From contig BQFW01000002.1 of assembly GCA_020891255.1 (NCBI GenBank), positions 3,596,001 to 3,660,000 on the forward strand: a DNA stretch of 64,000 nucleotides, read 5' to 3'. The notes beneath the pieces are model-generated. The model was not told the origin of the DNA and did no database searches. It saw only the letters and a program-made list of their open reading frames with translations. Numbering within the stretch: position 1 is the first letter of the stretch; the number at the start of each line of letters is the position of its first letter. The position numbers and the translations under genes are program-made. This DNA comes from Entomortierella parvispora E1425. Taxonomy: Eukaryota; Fungi; Mortierellomycota. Of this stretch, positions 11,047 to 23,246 are shown in pieces.

Positions 11047-12233
11047 TGTGTTTATAGCTGATGAGAGTCTGTCGCTGTCGGTTGGTGCGGTAAGAGGTCC
11101 TATCCTGCAGCAAAAGAGAATGTAACAAGTCTGTCAGTCACGAGCCGAGAGCACTGTCAACCAGGAAATCTCGTAGATGTAGAGGATGTCTTGACAACGT
11201 AGTCCATGAGCTTATGACAGTACCTTGTGAGGGAAGGTCGTAAATGGGTGGTGAAAAGGTAGGAAGGATGAGGATTGAGAAAAGAAAAGAAGAAACAGGA
11301 AAAAAAAGAGGCGAAAGGGGGCAAGGGCAGGACGAACAAAATGAGCGAAACAATTATTGAGCAAACAGAATCCCAGCCCCCTACCAAGTGCACCCCTCTT
11401 GCCTCCTCGCATGCTCCTTCGCCCATCGTCTCTCTCCTGGCACTGTGCGTCCACCGACTAGCACCAGCAATTGTTCCCTTGATCCCGCGGGCGCAAAACT
11501 CTAGCGCCAATGTCGTTGTCTGATCAAGATGGGCAGCCCCGTCCATCTTGTGCCTTGACCCTCTACTGGCTCGTCTATCGGCTTTCTATCTCGGTATTGG
11601 CAATTCTGGCCATGATGAATTCATCACCAGTAGCGCGTGCGGAACGTGCAGAATCTGTTGACTTATCCGCAGGGGGGCGATCACAGTTCACCACCTTCAA
11701 GCTAGAAGTCTAGCCATTGACAGGGGAGGCCCACGCTGGCTGAATCCTTAGTCTTAGACTGCGAAGTACACATCACTTTCAGGGATCCAATTGCTCAGAG
11801 GAGGGCGGCTGATACACGCGAAAACTTTTCAATCTGGACCCTGGCCGTTTTCTCGGATACAAGCAGCCATTCCGTGTCTGTGATTTGTTTGTTTATTCTG
11901 TATCGGCATCGACTGAATAGACTACAGCACCCGCCCATGGAGTGAGTATTAGAACATACAGCATTGAATATTATGACATTTGTACACAATTGGCGTGGCC
12001 GTCATCGACTGGCTCACGACTAGACTTTCCGTCAATGGGAAAGCACAAGGAGCGTGATAAACACACACTCGTGGGAACAGCTCACAAGACAAGCGAGAGC
12101 AACGCTTGCGACTTGTTTTTGAAGAGTTGCGTGCAGAGGTGCAAACCTTGGCTCCCTTTTGTGCAACATGAAATTCGGTGAGTGAATCTTCGACCTGCGC
12201 CACCAATTCACGCAGGTCATGTGAGCGCAGAGG

Positions 12234-12328
12234 TGACGTCATCCTTTTTTTTGCGAAAAAGAGGATCAAATCTTCTTTGACGTCGACATCTTTTTTGACA
12301 TTTTACACCATCCCGCAAACCGGTGACG
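12234..12328. promoter_or_regulatory. CRE cluster upstream of the ATF/CREB-like bZIP gene
   Basis: Perfect TGACGTCA at 12234-12241, TGACGTCG at 12278-12285 and a TGACG half-site at 12324-12328. A probable 5'UTR intron (GTAAGT at about 12337 to GCAG at about 12455) follows. Confidence 0.55.
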
Positions 12329-12610
12329 ACACGCAATGTAAGTGAATTCTGTCGACGACATCATCTTCAAAACCAATGAATTGGTCTTGCCATTGCCCTC
12401 GTCGCATGTGCGATGATCCTTTCTTTTTTTTTTCTTTATTCTCTTCGCTGCGCAGATTAATAAATCTCACATCGATGTTTAGCGTCATCAATGCCTTCCC
12501 CTGTTCCTGACAATGTCCACCATGCTGTCATTTGGCTGACCAAGACCTGCTTGCCTTCATAGCCCAACCCTGTACATTTACTCTCCAGAAGAAACCCATA
12601 CATCACAGCC

Positions 12611-13951
12611 ATGACCCACTCACCTTACGAAGATGACTCGACGTTGCCTACGACGACAATGTCGGAGGCAGTGAATGCTGTCAATGCCGCCATTGTAGCC
12701 GCGGTGGCGGCTGGTGATAGCACCGCTGCCTTTACCCGAGAGCATCTAGGCCCAATCCATATCGACAACATGGATGCGATCGAACCCCTGGATACCGCAG
12801 CGATCGAAACCATCGTCTCGGATAGTGCTCGACTCGCCAACAAGCGCCCTGCTGAAGACGATGCTGAGGATATCGAGGACTCTGTAAAACTGAGAAAGCT
12901 TCAGGAGGAAGTCAACAATAACGCCAATGCTCTTGCTTCCAAGACCCTCAGCAGCAGTAATAACGGAAGCGCCCATACCAGCCATCATGGCAGTGGTCAC
13001 AACAGCCCTAGCCACTCTACATCACTGGAGACACATGTGCCCACTGATACGGCGATGGGTTCACCTCTGACAGAATCCGCCGCAACGACTGCCTCGACGA
13101 CATCAGGCAAGGTCGAGAGCCGAACTTCCACCACGATTCAAGTTAGTCCTGCAGTTAGGGAGGCCCTTGCGTCCGCCACAACGCCTCACCTCTCGGCCTC
13201 ATCGCACTCCAACATCATGGCGGATATTGAAAGGATGCGTCAGTTGGCCAAGATTGACCCCACACAACTGGCCTCGTACTCTACCAACCCCAGCAACCAG
13301 GCCACACTTGAGCAATTGACTTCCAGTGCGCTGGCCAATGTCCTTGCTCAAGCACCCCTTGTTGCTGGTAGCCTGCATAGCAATCTTCAGCTTCAGCAGC
13401 AACATGAACAACAACATGAGGAACAACAGGAAGCCGTCCACAGCATTCTTGCAACTGTACCTACCCCAACTGCTGAGAATGGAACCGGTGAAGATTCGTC
13501 CTCAGAACATGATGATGACGATGGACCAGGCAAGCGAAGCAGTCGCAATATGACGAATGAGGAGCGACGCCAGCGCCGTTTGTTGAGGAACAGGGTGGCG
13601 GCTAAGGAGTGTCGTAAGAAGAAGAAGGCTTACGTGACAGAGCTGCAAGATACTTGTGCAAGACTTCAGGAGGAAAACTCGAGATTGTACAAGGAAGTAG
13701 AGGAGCTGAACGCAAAATTGACCTTGGGGGCCATGCGTATTGATGAGAATGTCCGTCTGATCAAGGAAGTGGAGGAATTGAACGCCAAATTGACGCTGGG
13801 TGTGATGGCGGGAACATCCCCACATGTGCACGACTCGCTTCAGGATCACCCCCCAGCCAAACTGGATGATGGGGCGAGCGAGTTACAGGGAGACGAAACG
13901 CACCAAGAAACATCACAAGAAGCCGATGCCGTCGTTTCTGAACAGTCTTAA
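12611..13951 (+). CDS. ATF/CREB-like bZIP transcription factor
   Basis: Basic region RRLLRNRVAAKECRKKKK (compare CREB KNREAARECRRKKK), followed by a leucine zipper with an internal duplication. Confidence 0.9.
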   Translation: MTHSPYEDDSTLPTTTMSEAVNAVNAAIVAAVAAGDSTAAFTREHLGPIHIDNMDAIEPLDTAAIETIVSDSARLANKRPAEDDAEDIEDSVKLRKLQEEVNNNANALASKTLSSSNNGSAHTSHHGSGHNSPSHSTSLETHVPTDTAMGSPLTESAATTASTTSGKVESRTSTTIQVSPAVREALASATTPHLSASSHSNIMADIERMRQLAKIDPTQLASYSTNPSNQATLEQLTSSALANVLAQAPLVAGSLHSNLQLQQQHEQQHEEQQEAVHSILATVPTPTAENGTGEDSSSEHDDDDGPGKRSSRNMTNEERRQRRLLRNRVAAKECRKKKKAYVTELQDTCARLQEENSRLYKEVEELNAKLTLGAMRIDENVRLIKEVEELNAKLTLGVMAGTSPHVHDSLQDHPPAKLDDGASELQGDETHQETSQEADAVVSEQS

Positions 13952-14026
13952 GAGATTATAAAAATAAGAAATGCAATGATATGAAATGAAGCAATCCTGC
14001 AAATGAATGTCATTGTGCTTTATTTT

Positions 14027-15746
14027 TTAACGATTCTCCCAGTAGTCCTCCCCTTCATCGTCATCCTCCAAAATGCCTCCGTATTGTCCTTCCTCGTTAA
14101 CAGCCTGAGCATCTTCCTCGCCAAGATCGAGACCTGCAGCGTCCTGGAAATCGCGTTGGTTCTCGAGTCGCAGGTGCATGTTATGCAACTCAGCTTCTTG
14201 ATCTTCGCTCATCATGGCCACCTCTCTCTCAGGATCCAACAACGAATCCCGATCGTCGTCGTAGTCATCGTCATCATCATCGCTCTTCTTCTTTTTCCTT
14301 CTGCTATCTCTCACATGTGACTTGCGAAGAGACGACGAATGCTGCGAACTGGAGGCTTGACCACTTGCTCGTCGAATATCGCTTTCAATAGATCGCCTCC
14401 TTTGTGACATGGGTCTGGGTGATGAAGCGGTCGAGGTCACAGCCGACGTATCGGACTCGTCATCCAGCTCTTCTCTATCCCAATCATGAACTATTGGGTC
14501 TTCCTTTGGTAGGGCCACATCACTGTCGCTCTCATGATCGTGCCCTCTACCAGAGGCAAGGTCCTCCTCTTCATCCTTCTCTGTTTGCTTTAGATCGTTC
14601 AGCTCGGTATCGTTTAGCCCCTGTGTGATCGAGTCGCGTTTGGCTCTTTCCCGGATGCTTTCTGATTCTTCGTCGTCAATGATCTTGATGAGGACTGGAC
14701 GAGGTTGAGTGCCCTTCCGGGCATAACCAAAAGTGGTACCAGTCGCTCCTTGCTGAGTAGAAGAGGACGAGGCGCTTGCTCCAGAGATGCTTCGACGATG
14801 CTCTGTCTGCTGTCCTCCGTGAGACTGATGGGAAGGGATGAAGAGCGATGGCGATGACGATGATGAAACACCAGGGCTACTACTGTTGGCAGTTTTTCCT
14901 TGCTGACCTTCTGAGAGAATAAAAAAAAAGGTTAGAGTGACATCATTCGGATATCCTAGCACAAGACAAGAGTGGGGTTTCTGGCTCCTCTGGTGTTTGT
15001 TCTGGTAGCTCCCAGATCTCTTCCGCAAGTGACAATACCGCGTTCTGGTGACAGAAAGAAAGGGTTTCACGGTCATAAGCGGTCATCCGATTTGCTTGTC
15101 TCTTGTTTGATTTACCTTCTGAATCTATATCCATTCTGGATGGCTGTGACTCCCCAAGGGACGTAAACCTCGCAGAGGAAGAATCCATGGGTCTGCCCAG
15201 GACCTTGGCAGCATCTTCTTCGTCGAGACAAATGGGGGCTAACTGGGAGGGAGGAGGCACTAGATCCGAAACGGAGCGCGCCCAGCTTATGGACGAGGCC
15301 CGTGGTCTTGTCGTTGGCGTTGCCGTCGTCATCGTCGCGTGATCACCACTGGAAGGTGATTTGCTTCCAGACCGGGGTTGGATGACAGGCTTTAGTTGAG
15401 CAAAATCAGCCTCAGATACGGCAGCTGATTCATGGTCAGCGGCCGTATAACGAGGTCTCTTTGCAGCCGGTCCTACTGTGGCAGTCGTGGTAGACAACGG
15501 AGCGACGCTCTCAGACATGTCGACTTTTTCGCCCAGGTTATGAGCATCATCCATGATTAAATAGTCGGACTGAAGGACGGCACTACTGGGTGCCATTGCG
15601 TTAATATCGTTGCTCTCGACGAATTCTGCCTCCAGAGCTGCAAGGGATCGTTTGGCATAGCCACGCGTGAGCAAGTTCTCTGGAGCGACCTCTGGTTGCC
15701 CGGTCGTGGTGGGGATACCACTGTGCCCTAAAGGGATATCTGACAT
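14027..15746 (-). CDS. hypothetical low-complexity/acidic nuclear-type protein, probably 2 exons
   Basis: ORFs 15746-14943 and 15076-14027 overlap across an intron-like segment (branch CTAAC plus a pyrimidine tract and CAG near 14915). The donor is uncertain. Contains an NLS-like AAKRPRY and RRKKKK and a D/E-rich tail. Confidence 0.65.
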
Positions 15747-15962
15747 TGTGCTTATTTGGGGGAAAGAAACTGTTGTATAGCGCGTGAGTGGTGCAAGAAA
15801 ATTGAGGTCTGTGTGCTTGTGAAGGAAAGGTTTTTGTGTGTGGCGGAAGAGGGGTTAAAAAGAAGAAAGAGAGTGGATGAAGAGGATGTGGTGTTGAAGG
15901 AAGGAGGCGCCCAGAAGGCAGCGGACCGTGCGGTCACTTGAAATGGGGGGGAAAAAAATTGA

Positions 15963-15973
15963 TGAGTCACGTG
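15963..15973. promoter_or_regulatory. overlapping AP-1/Gcn4 site (TGAGTCA) and E-box (CACGTG) in a roughly 290-bp divergent promoter
   Basis: Sequence TGAGTCACGTG between the head-to-head ATGs at 15746 (-) and 16040 (+). Confidence 0.35.
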
Positions 15974-16039
15974 CATGCACCCAAAAAAAGTCGTCTGTCT
16001 GCCTGGCTTGCGGTCCTCCACATCGGACTTGGCATCTTC

Positions 16040-17635
16040 ATGGCACCCTCCATCCAAGAGCAGGACCCGGTCAAGGATCAGGATCAGCATCGGCAACAAG
16101 GTCAACATGTCCATGATGCGGGACAATCTACCCAGAAAGACGACCTTGTCTTGACAGGCCAGATCGTCCAGGCTCGAAAATGTTACAAGAGACTTTTTTT
16201 TATCGACCTACGGATCTCCAGTTCCCAAAAATACACCATTCTTTTCCGTTCGGACGATTGTCGTCAACCAGACCAGCTGCCTCTACCCCTTCAGCTCACG
16301 GACCAGGAGCTGTTCGCACGCTGGAAGCGGATAAGACGAGGCGATACCATTGAGCTCAAAGTCTTTGATGCATCCGAGGATGAGATCGCAAAGAGGGATC
16401 ATCGAGTATATCAAGCTGTCGATTTCAAAATCTTGAAAGCATGGCCTCCAGATGACGCCTTCCCGGTAGAACCTGCTTTGGGATTGAAGACTTCATCAAA
16501 TCCGGGTGTTGTTAAAACGGATCAGGTCTCCGTGCCCTCTTCTACTGATCAGGAACAGAAATCGATGGCGAGTAGCAAAGAAGGCGAGGAGGTTGCTCAG
16601 GGTGACCTTGAACAGGCAGGAAACACATGGAGGAACTACTGCAAGTTTTGGATCAACTCTCAGAAGTGTCTCCTTGGTCAAGCCTGCAAATCTATACATC
16701 CACAGGGCGATGAACTGGCTCAGATCCGAAAGATCTGGGTCAAGGAGCGCGTGCAAGCGCGCAAGGAACGAGCTCGATCCATTCTGTCATCCCACAACGG
16801 CATCCTCACTCCCAACCATGACCGCGACCATGACCACGAAAGTGGTGACATCGACCCCCACTCCATCTCTGCCAAAGAGTCACACTCTAAACGCGCATTC
16901 ATCTTTGCTCGGTGGCTTGTGGAAACCTTTGGCGCTGAGTTCTTGAATTCGGGATACGGAGTCTTGGATGTGGCTGGAGGAAAAGGACAGATTTCGCTGT
17001 TCTTGACACACATGTACGGAATTCGATCAACAGTTGTGGAGCCCAAAAGGAGAAAAGATAAGTTGTACAGGCGGAGAGTTCTCTTTGATGCAATTCAAAA
17101 AGAGATGGATGCGTCTATTGACGGAAGTACATGCGGGGATGATGGCAAGGACGAAGTGGATAGTGTGCATGGACCAGACGGCGATAGGGCACCAATTGCA
17201 GTGACAACAGAGCAAAAAGAAGCCATGGACGAGAAACGGGAACGAAGGCGGCAAAAGCGCGAACAACTCGAGGCTTTTGTTGTCCCGAGGTTGCACACTC
17301 TGCTGGATGACCGATTCGTGGCAGAGTACCCGGGCGTGATTGAGAACGCCTCTGTCTTGATTGGTATGCATCCTGATCAGGCCACGGAACCCATTGTGGA
17401 GATGGCCTTGAAACACTCGAAGCCGTTTGCGATCGTGCCCTGCTGTGTGTTTGCACACGAGAACCCCGACAGGCGAACAAAGGATGGTGGGCGGGTCAAT
17501 ACCACATTGGAGTTTATTCAATATCTGCTGGAGAAGTCAGATTCGGCTAATACCCTGGAGATCGCCCGAAAATCGTTCCTGGCGTTCGATGGTATGAACA
17601 TTGTAGTTTATAGAAACCCCATAAAGACCCCATAG
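16040..17635 (+). CDS. OB-fold + CCCH zinc finger + class I SAM-dependent methyltransferase (putative RNA methyltransferase)
   Basis: First plausible ATG at 16040. LTGQIVQARKCYKRLFFIDLR resembles an anticodon-binding OB fold. CKFWINSQKCLLGQACKSIH is C-x8-C-x5-C-x3-H. VLDVAGGKG is motif I, followed by LIGMHPDQATEPIV...FAIVPCCVF. Confidence 0.8.
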   Translation: MAPSIQEQDPVKDQDQHRQQGQHVHDAGQSTQKDDLVLTGQIVQARKCYKRLFFIDLRISSSQKYTILFRSDDCRQPDQLPLPLQLTDQELFARWKRIRRGDTIELKVFDASEDEIAKRDHRVYQAVDFKILKAWPPDDAFPVEPALGLKTSSNPGVVKTDQVSVPSSTDQEQKSMASSKEGEEVAQGDLEQAGNTWRNYCKFWINSQKCLLGQACKSIHPQGDELAQIRKIWVKERVQARKERARSILSSHNGILTPNHDRDHDHESGDIDPHSISAKESHSKRAFIFARWLVETFGAEFLNSGYGVLDVAGGKGQISLFLTHMYGIRSTVVEPKRRKDKLYRRRVLFDAIQKEMDASIDGSTCGDDGKDEVDSVHGPDGDRAPIAVTTEQKEAMDEKRERRRQKREQLEAFVVPRLHTLLDDRFVAEYPGVIENASVLIGMHPDQATEPIVEMALKHSKPFAIVPCCVFAHENPDRRTKDGGRVNTTLEFIQYLLEKSDSANTLEIARKSFLAFDGMNIVVYRNPIKTP

Positions 17636-17762
17636 AGAAATGATGTAGTTCTTAGAAAGAAAATATTATACATATTACAACTGTTTATAAACTGTACTTT
17701 TGAAGGAAAGAAAAACATGATAATGGTATTGTACAAGTAGATATGGAATGAGAGGGGATTAC

Positions 17763-20144
17763 TTAGGCACCATCCTTGAAGCTCTTGATGGTAGTGTAGA
17801 GTGTGAACACAAAGACAATACAACCAAAGAGGATCAAACAGATGTCAGAGATCTTTCTCCAAGTTGGCTGGTTGGGGTAGGCCTTCAAGTGAAGAGCTGG
17901 GGGGAAGATGAACAACAAAGGAGCGCAAGCAAAGGAACCGACAAAGGAGATGAAGATGTCCAACTTGTTGTATCCTCCGTAGGCCACGGCAGCCACCGCG
18001 AAATCAACGACCAAGCGAACAATGTTCTCCTTCAACATTCTGGTCTTGGTTCCCTCACCACCTGGTCCAATGACACTGAAGACAACGTGCTCCATGATAC
18101 GGATACAAGGGAAGAGCATCAGAGGAGTGGTTAAGAAGATGGCGATAACGTACAAGAGCTGGACAGCGTTCTTTCCGGCCTTCTCGCCGCCAGACTGGTT
18201 GGGAAGATCGTCCAAGACAATGGTTTGGACAGCGTCACCGTACGCGGCGTAACCGAGACTTCCAAAACTGACAAGCAAGGCGCACACGGAGCAGAGAACA
18301 ATAGTCAAGGCGCGGGGGAACTGCTTTGGGTCCTTCATGCTGGAACAGATAGGAATAACCATTCCGATACCCTCATAAGAGAACACGGCTAGATTGAAGA
18401 AGAAACGACAGCAGAGAAAGGTCAGTTTTTTTTTTTTTTTTTTGCCATCAACATAAAAATATTGCTCAGAGGCCGCTGATATTGTTCATCTTCTTACCTG
18501 TGCCGATGAAAAGACCAAAATCCTTCTTGTTGAAGAGCTGAAGAGATTGGGGAGAACCCTGGTTGATGACCAACTGCTTGATATCGTAGGCGTAAATGTA
18601 GATAAGACCGACAATGATGCACATGTCGGCGATGACAGCACTCATTCCCAATTTGCTGATGTTGCGAATAAAGGTAAATGGGACCAGGATGGCAAAGAAG
18701 ATGGCAATCCAGACAATTTTGTCCAAATGGGCTCCTCCTAAACTGTCGACCACAATTGCAAACTGTTGCGCAAAAAAGATACAGTAACCGCTGATGAGGA
18801 GAGGAGAAAACCATTTAGTCAACCATGTCTCATTTCGAATCAAAGAGTTCAGATAGACGTCCATAGCGATAGAAAACTCACCAGCAGAATCCAAACTGAG
18901 AGATGGCAATGGTAAAGAGAATGAGGTAACGCATCCAGCGACCGTAGAAACGCTGACCAATGTCACCAAACGAACCGGGGTGCAATTCACGGCACTTGAC
19001 CAGCAAGAGGAATGAATGCAGACACAAGGCGGCAATCAGAGTCATGAACAGAGGCGCAAATACAATTCCTCCGTTCTTGAACGCGTTGGGCAAAAACAAG
19101 ATACCACTGGCAATGAAGCTGTCATGAGCACAAAAGTCTGGGATTAGCAAGGAGGAGAGATCAAGTCATTTTGACAAGGGAAAAAAAAAATAGAGATTTC
19201 TCCACTTACGACTTGAAAAGCATGCCCAGCGCTTTTGAGAATCCAATCTTCTCTTCGGGTTCCTCAATTACCTCCTCGTCTTCCTCCAATTCCTCGCCCA
19301 TGAAGATTCTCCTGTGGCTTGTATCGGTTCTCGCCAAAGACTGTCGTCTCTTCTCGGCATCCTTGGGCACCACAATCGAACGTTTTGGGATCGAGTGGAA
19401 GTTCTCGCCAGCGAAATGATCCATTTCGTACATGTTGAACATACCCAAGAAATGAATGAACGATTTCGTTGGCAATTGGGGAGCGGGCTGACCTCGGGTG
19501 GCCGCATCCTGCTGAATGAAATGACGACGGAACCCACCTGGGGCCTTGATATTGGCGATATCGGTATCTTCATCAATTGAGGTGGGGGCGTGATGGTAGG
19601 TCTGAGCTCGGTTCAACTTTGCGCGAGTCTCTTTCTCATGCCATTTGTAAACATCGTTGGACACATCGGCACCTTGCAAGTTGAAGTGAGAGGGCGTTTC
19701 GAAGGCGCTCGAGGCATTATCTGACTGTAGTAAATTTGAGTCTGAAAGATGCGCAGAAGCAGCAGAGTGGATTGTGGAGGAATCGGGAGTTACACCGGGC
19801 AAGCCTGTGGTGTCGACACTGAGACTGACAGCCTTTGGAGATCCACCAAAGACGCCTCCGGGGGAGGTTGCACTTGGGGAAAGCAAGGTGGGGACTTCTG
19901 GAATAGTGGGCGTGATGGCCAAATGCTGACCAACAATCGCATGAAGCTGATTATCATCAGGGATAGGCGTGGTATTGATGGAGAGTTTTTGACTGTCGGG
20001 CTTGGCCAAGAGGCGCTTGGTTGACTTTGATCGAGAGACACCAGCAGCAGCAGACTCTTCTGACGCTGAGTTAAGGGTGGCAGTGGTAGGGATCGAGCTA
20101 TCAGAGTGAAGGTACTCTGGTCTTGGTGGTGAACCGGGATTCAT
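17763..20144 (-). CDS. Aa_trans (SLC36-like) vacuolar amino-acid transporter, Avt3/Avt4-like, multi-exon
   Basis: Long cytosolic N-terminus with APGGFRRHFI. Spliced LFK|SFIASGILFLPNAFKNGG (intron 19209-19119), plus FSYEGIGMVIPI and FVGSFACAPLLFIFPPALHLK. Confidence 0.93.
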
Positions 20145-20745
20145 AGTGTGGAGGTGGTGTGTGGGGGAAACGAAGGTGGAAGGGAGGACCAAGCGTGCAG
20201 AGAAAGAATCAAGGCAGGCAGAAAGAGAGGTGACAAAGAGTGTGAAGTCGATGGGATGCGTCCAGCAGGTGTCGGTTATATGTAAACTGAACACAGGCTG
20301 AAAAAAAAAGAGTTGGAGTGCCCCCGATCTTGCGGTTTTGGGTCTTGGTCTCTCAGAGACATGCAGAAAAATTACCGCCCCAGACTACCATGGTGCAATG
20401 GGGGTCAGTCAGCCCTTGCCTCCACAGCAGAGGTCCCAGCGGAGAGGACGCACACGCCCGCCCGCTGAGACTGCCCCCGAACTTTTTCGTTTGCGCACAA
20501 AAGCCATGCAAAGTTCGGGCGCGTCATTGTGTCTCAGATGCGGCCAATCAGCGCCACGGGCTCCCTCTCTAGGCAGTTTTTTAGACTGAATTGACCGCCC
20601 AAATTGGCTTGGACCAGGCACAACGGTGCACAAACGGCAGATGGTTTTTTCATGGTTTTCTGGCCCATATGGAGCTATGATGCCATCAAGAAGAGAGTAG
20701 ACTAAGTCTACCTCTCTTCTTCACAACTTAAATAACTTTTATCAA

Positions 20746-20892
20746 CCTGTCCCGGGGTGAATCGAATCCAGGGCGGGATTCAGCCTAGCGTCAGTCTTCT
20801 GTGCAACACTCCACTGGACTCTCGGGTACTCAAATTCTTATTAAACAGACAAACTGAACTCAGCGAACCCGCCCTAGTGGCCGGTGACCAGG
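20746..20892 (-). other. nested long-range inverted repeats, possible structured RNA or 3'UTR element
   Basis: Four nested helices on the plus coordinates: CCTG/CAGG, CCGG/CCGG, AGGGCGGG/CCCGCCCT and TTCAG/CTGAA. The minus-strand RNA gains extra pairs through G.U. Confidence 0.3.
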
Positions 20893-20930
20893 CTTATTCT
20901 GCGACACTAGACTATTGAAATCTCGCTCTT

Positions 20931-23212
20931 TCAATAGCCCAAACTCTCCTCCGCTACCTCCTCCGCCTCGCCTTCGTCAGCCAATACTCCTCCACGGCGG
21001 CCAAAGCCCGGGCCCCAGGCTGCGTCTCTGGCGTCTTCCCAGATCGCCCCGACGGAGTGAACATTGTGATCGGTGTAATCGATGCGATGATCTGCTGGGA
21101 AGAAGCTAAATTCGTCCCATCGTTCAACGTCCTTCCAAGCTGGTTCGAAAATGGAGTGATTATTCGATAGATTGAACATGTTGAGCTCTGATCCAGTGTT
21201 ATAAATCTGGCGCCAGGTCAGACGTAAGCGGGACGATTGGGTAAATGCCTGAGGGTAAAAGGAATCGAGGTCGTCGTCTTCGTCTTCTTCCTCATCGTCC
21301 TCTTCCTCATCGTCCTCTTCATCATCTTCATCCTCTCCCTTCGACTTGGTGCTATGTGCCTCCACCTTGTCCTTGCCGTTCTCGTGCCCGTTCACCGGGA
21401 CCTCTTCGGCAGCATCTTCCTCGCCTTCCTCCTCTTTCTTTTCTTGATTCTTGACCATAAAGGCCGCCTGTTGCTTCTTCTCCCTCGACAATTGACCACA
21501 TGCCGGGCCTCGTTCAAGTCGATCGAGTTCCCGTGTGGACATCATCCTTGCTCGGACGTCGTGCATCTCGTGAAAGATCAAAGAGTCGTCAATGACCTGC
21601 AGCCCCGGGAACGTTGAATAACTCATGGGCGTCCACTTGGACGATGTTCTTCCTCCTACCACCACAGTCTTGACTCTAAACTTCATGTGCAACATATTTG
21701 TGATCAACGCACAGCTCGACCCACAGTACCCGTCCGTGAGGATCGCAATGTTCTCGGGATCCCAAGGGTGATAGGGGACATCATCGTGGTCACTGCTCTT
21801 GGCAGGAGGCACAGGTCGGCCTCGCCCTCTCTCTTCCTCAGGATTGACGTGAAGGTAGTACCGTTGTGCAATCGCACACCGATCGGAGACAAAGTCTGTA
21901 AAGGTCATGTTACGATGGGGATGTGTCCTAGGTTTCAACAGGTACCCGTTTTGGTAGGCTGCTGTAGTCGACTCGCCGTACGAGCTGATAAAATGATCAA
22001 CCCCCATCGCACCCGAAGTCATCAACTGGGTTCCAAGAGGAGACAATCGCATGTTGGTCACCAGCCGAGGGTGCTCAGGGAAGAACAACTGGATCATGGC
22101 CATGCCCAAGCAGACGTAACCACCCGTGTTGTGGCTCATGTCCAGGATCAACTTTTGAGCTCGGGGACGCAAGACGTTGATGGATTGGATCAGTGCGCCA
22201 ACCCACTCAGGGTGCAAACGTGAATAGGGCTGTCCTCGGACTGTCGAACTCTCGGTGTGCACAGTGATGACGCCCGTCTTGCCGTCGTTCAGGAGCACTG
22301 GTGGTAGAGTTTGAAGACATGAACCATAACATAAATGAGAAATGGAATTGTCCGACAGAATTAAAGTATGAACGACCTTCAGAAAGTCCACCAACATCAT
22401 TTACATCATCACTTTCGTAGGAAAGAACAACATCATAGTAAAGCTGGGCAAAGAGCCCTGTCATCTGTTCCTCTTCAAACTTACGGGCAGAGATACCATG
22501 AGGTCCCTTATAGAGTTCTGTAAATTGGGTCGATGTTGCGCGGTCCATCTCACTGGGGCGGCCTCCATAGTCATCGTAAAACTTGACTACAGGCAATTGT
22601 TGTGAGGTCAGGATATCGAGCGCGTCCAGGAGCTCGTTTACATCTTTGGGCGGTTCGGCCTGTTGAGGAAGATTTGGACTCACAGGTGCCGGGGGCGACG
22701 AGGGTGGTCCTTCAGCTTGAGAATCGGAACCAGGGGTTGCACTGGCTACAGGCACGGACGTGGCTGTTTCGGGATGGATAAGTAATTCTCGCACAGCAGA
22801 CTTGAGTATCGTTATATTTCTTTGGATAGGGTCTTGCTCCTTTTCCAATCTTTGGTATTGGTCGTCCTCACCACCGTAGGCGCCGCCAAAGGACTTGATG
22901 CAATTGGCAGCGTAGTAGGAATTCATGTCGTGAAAAGGCTTTGTCAATCGACGTGTGTAAAGCCCAGTCCATTTCACATCTACAGTCAAATCCGTAAGGC
23001 CAGGGCAACGGAAGACGTACGATAACGACGCTTCATCAGGGATGATAAACCGTTCTCCAAATTTCCCTGGTATAAAGAAATCGGATGTATCAGATTGGTA
23101 CTGAGGCGTAGCTAAGGCACCATTGAACCTGTTGCATGGATGGCGGAAGAAAGGAAGAGAAAGAGGAGAGAGAGGTCATACCCAGTCAATGGCGATTTCC
23201 GTGATCACAATC

Positions 23213-23246
<34 letters not shown>

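Noticed and set aside
11775-11787. ACTTTCAGGGATC, matching the U3 snoRNA box A region
   Set aside because: Only 13 nt match, and no downstream U3 boxes (C', B, C, D) are present.
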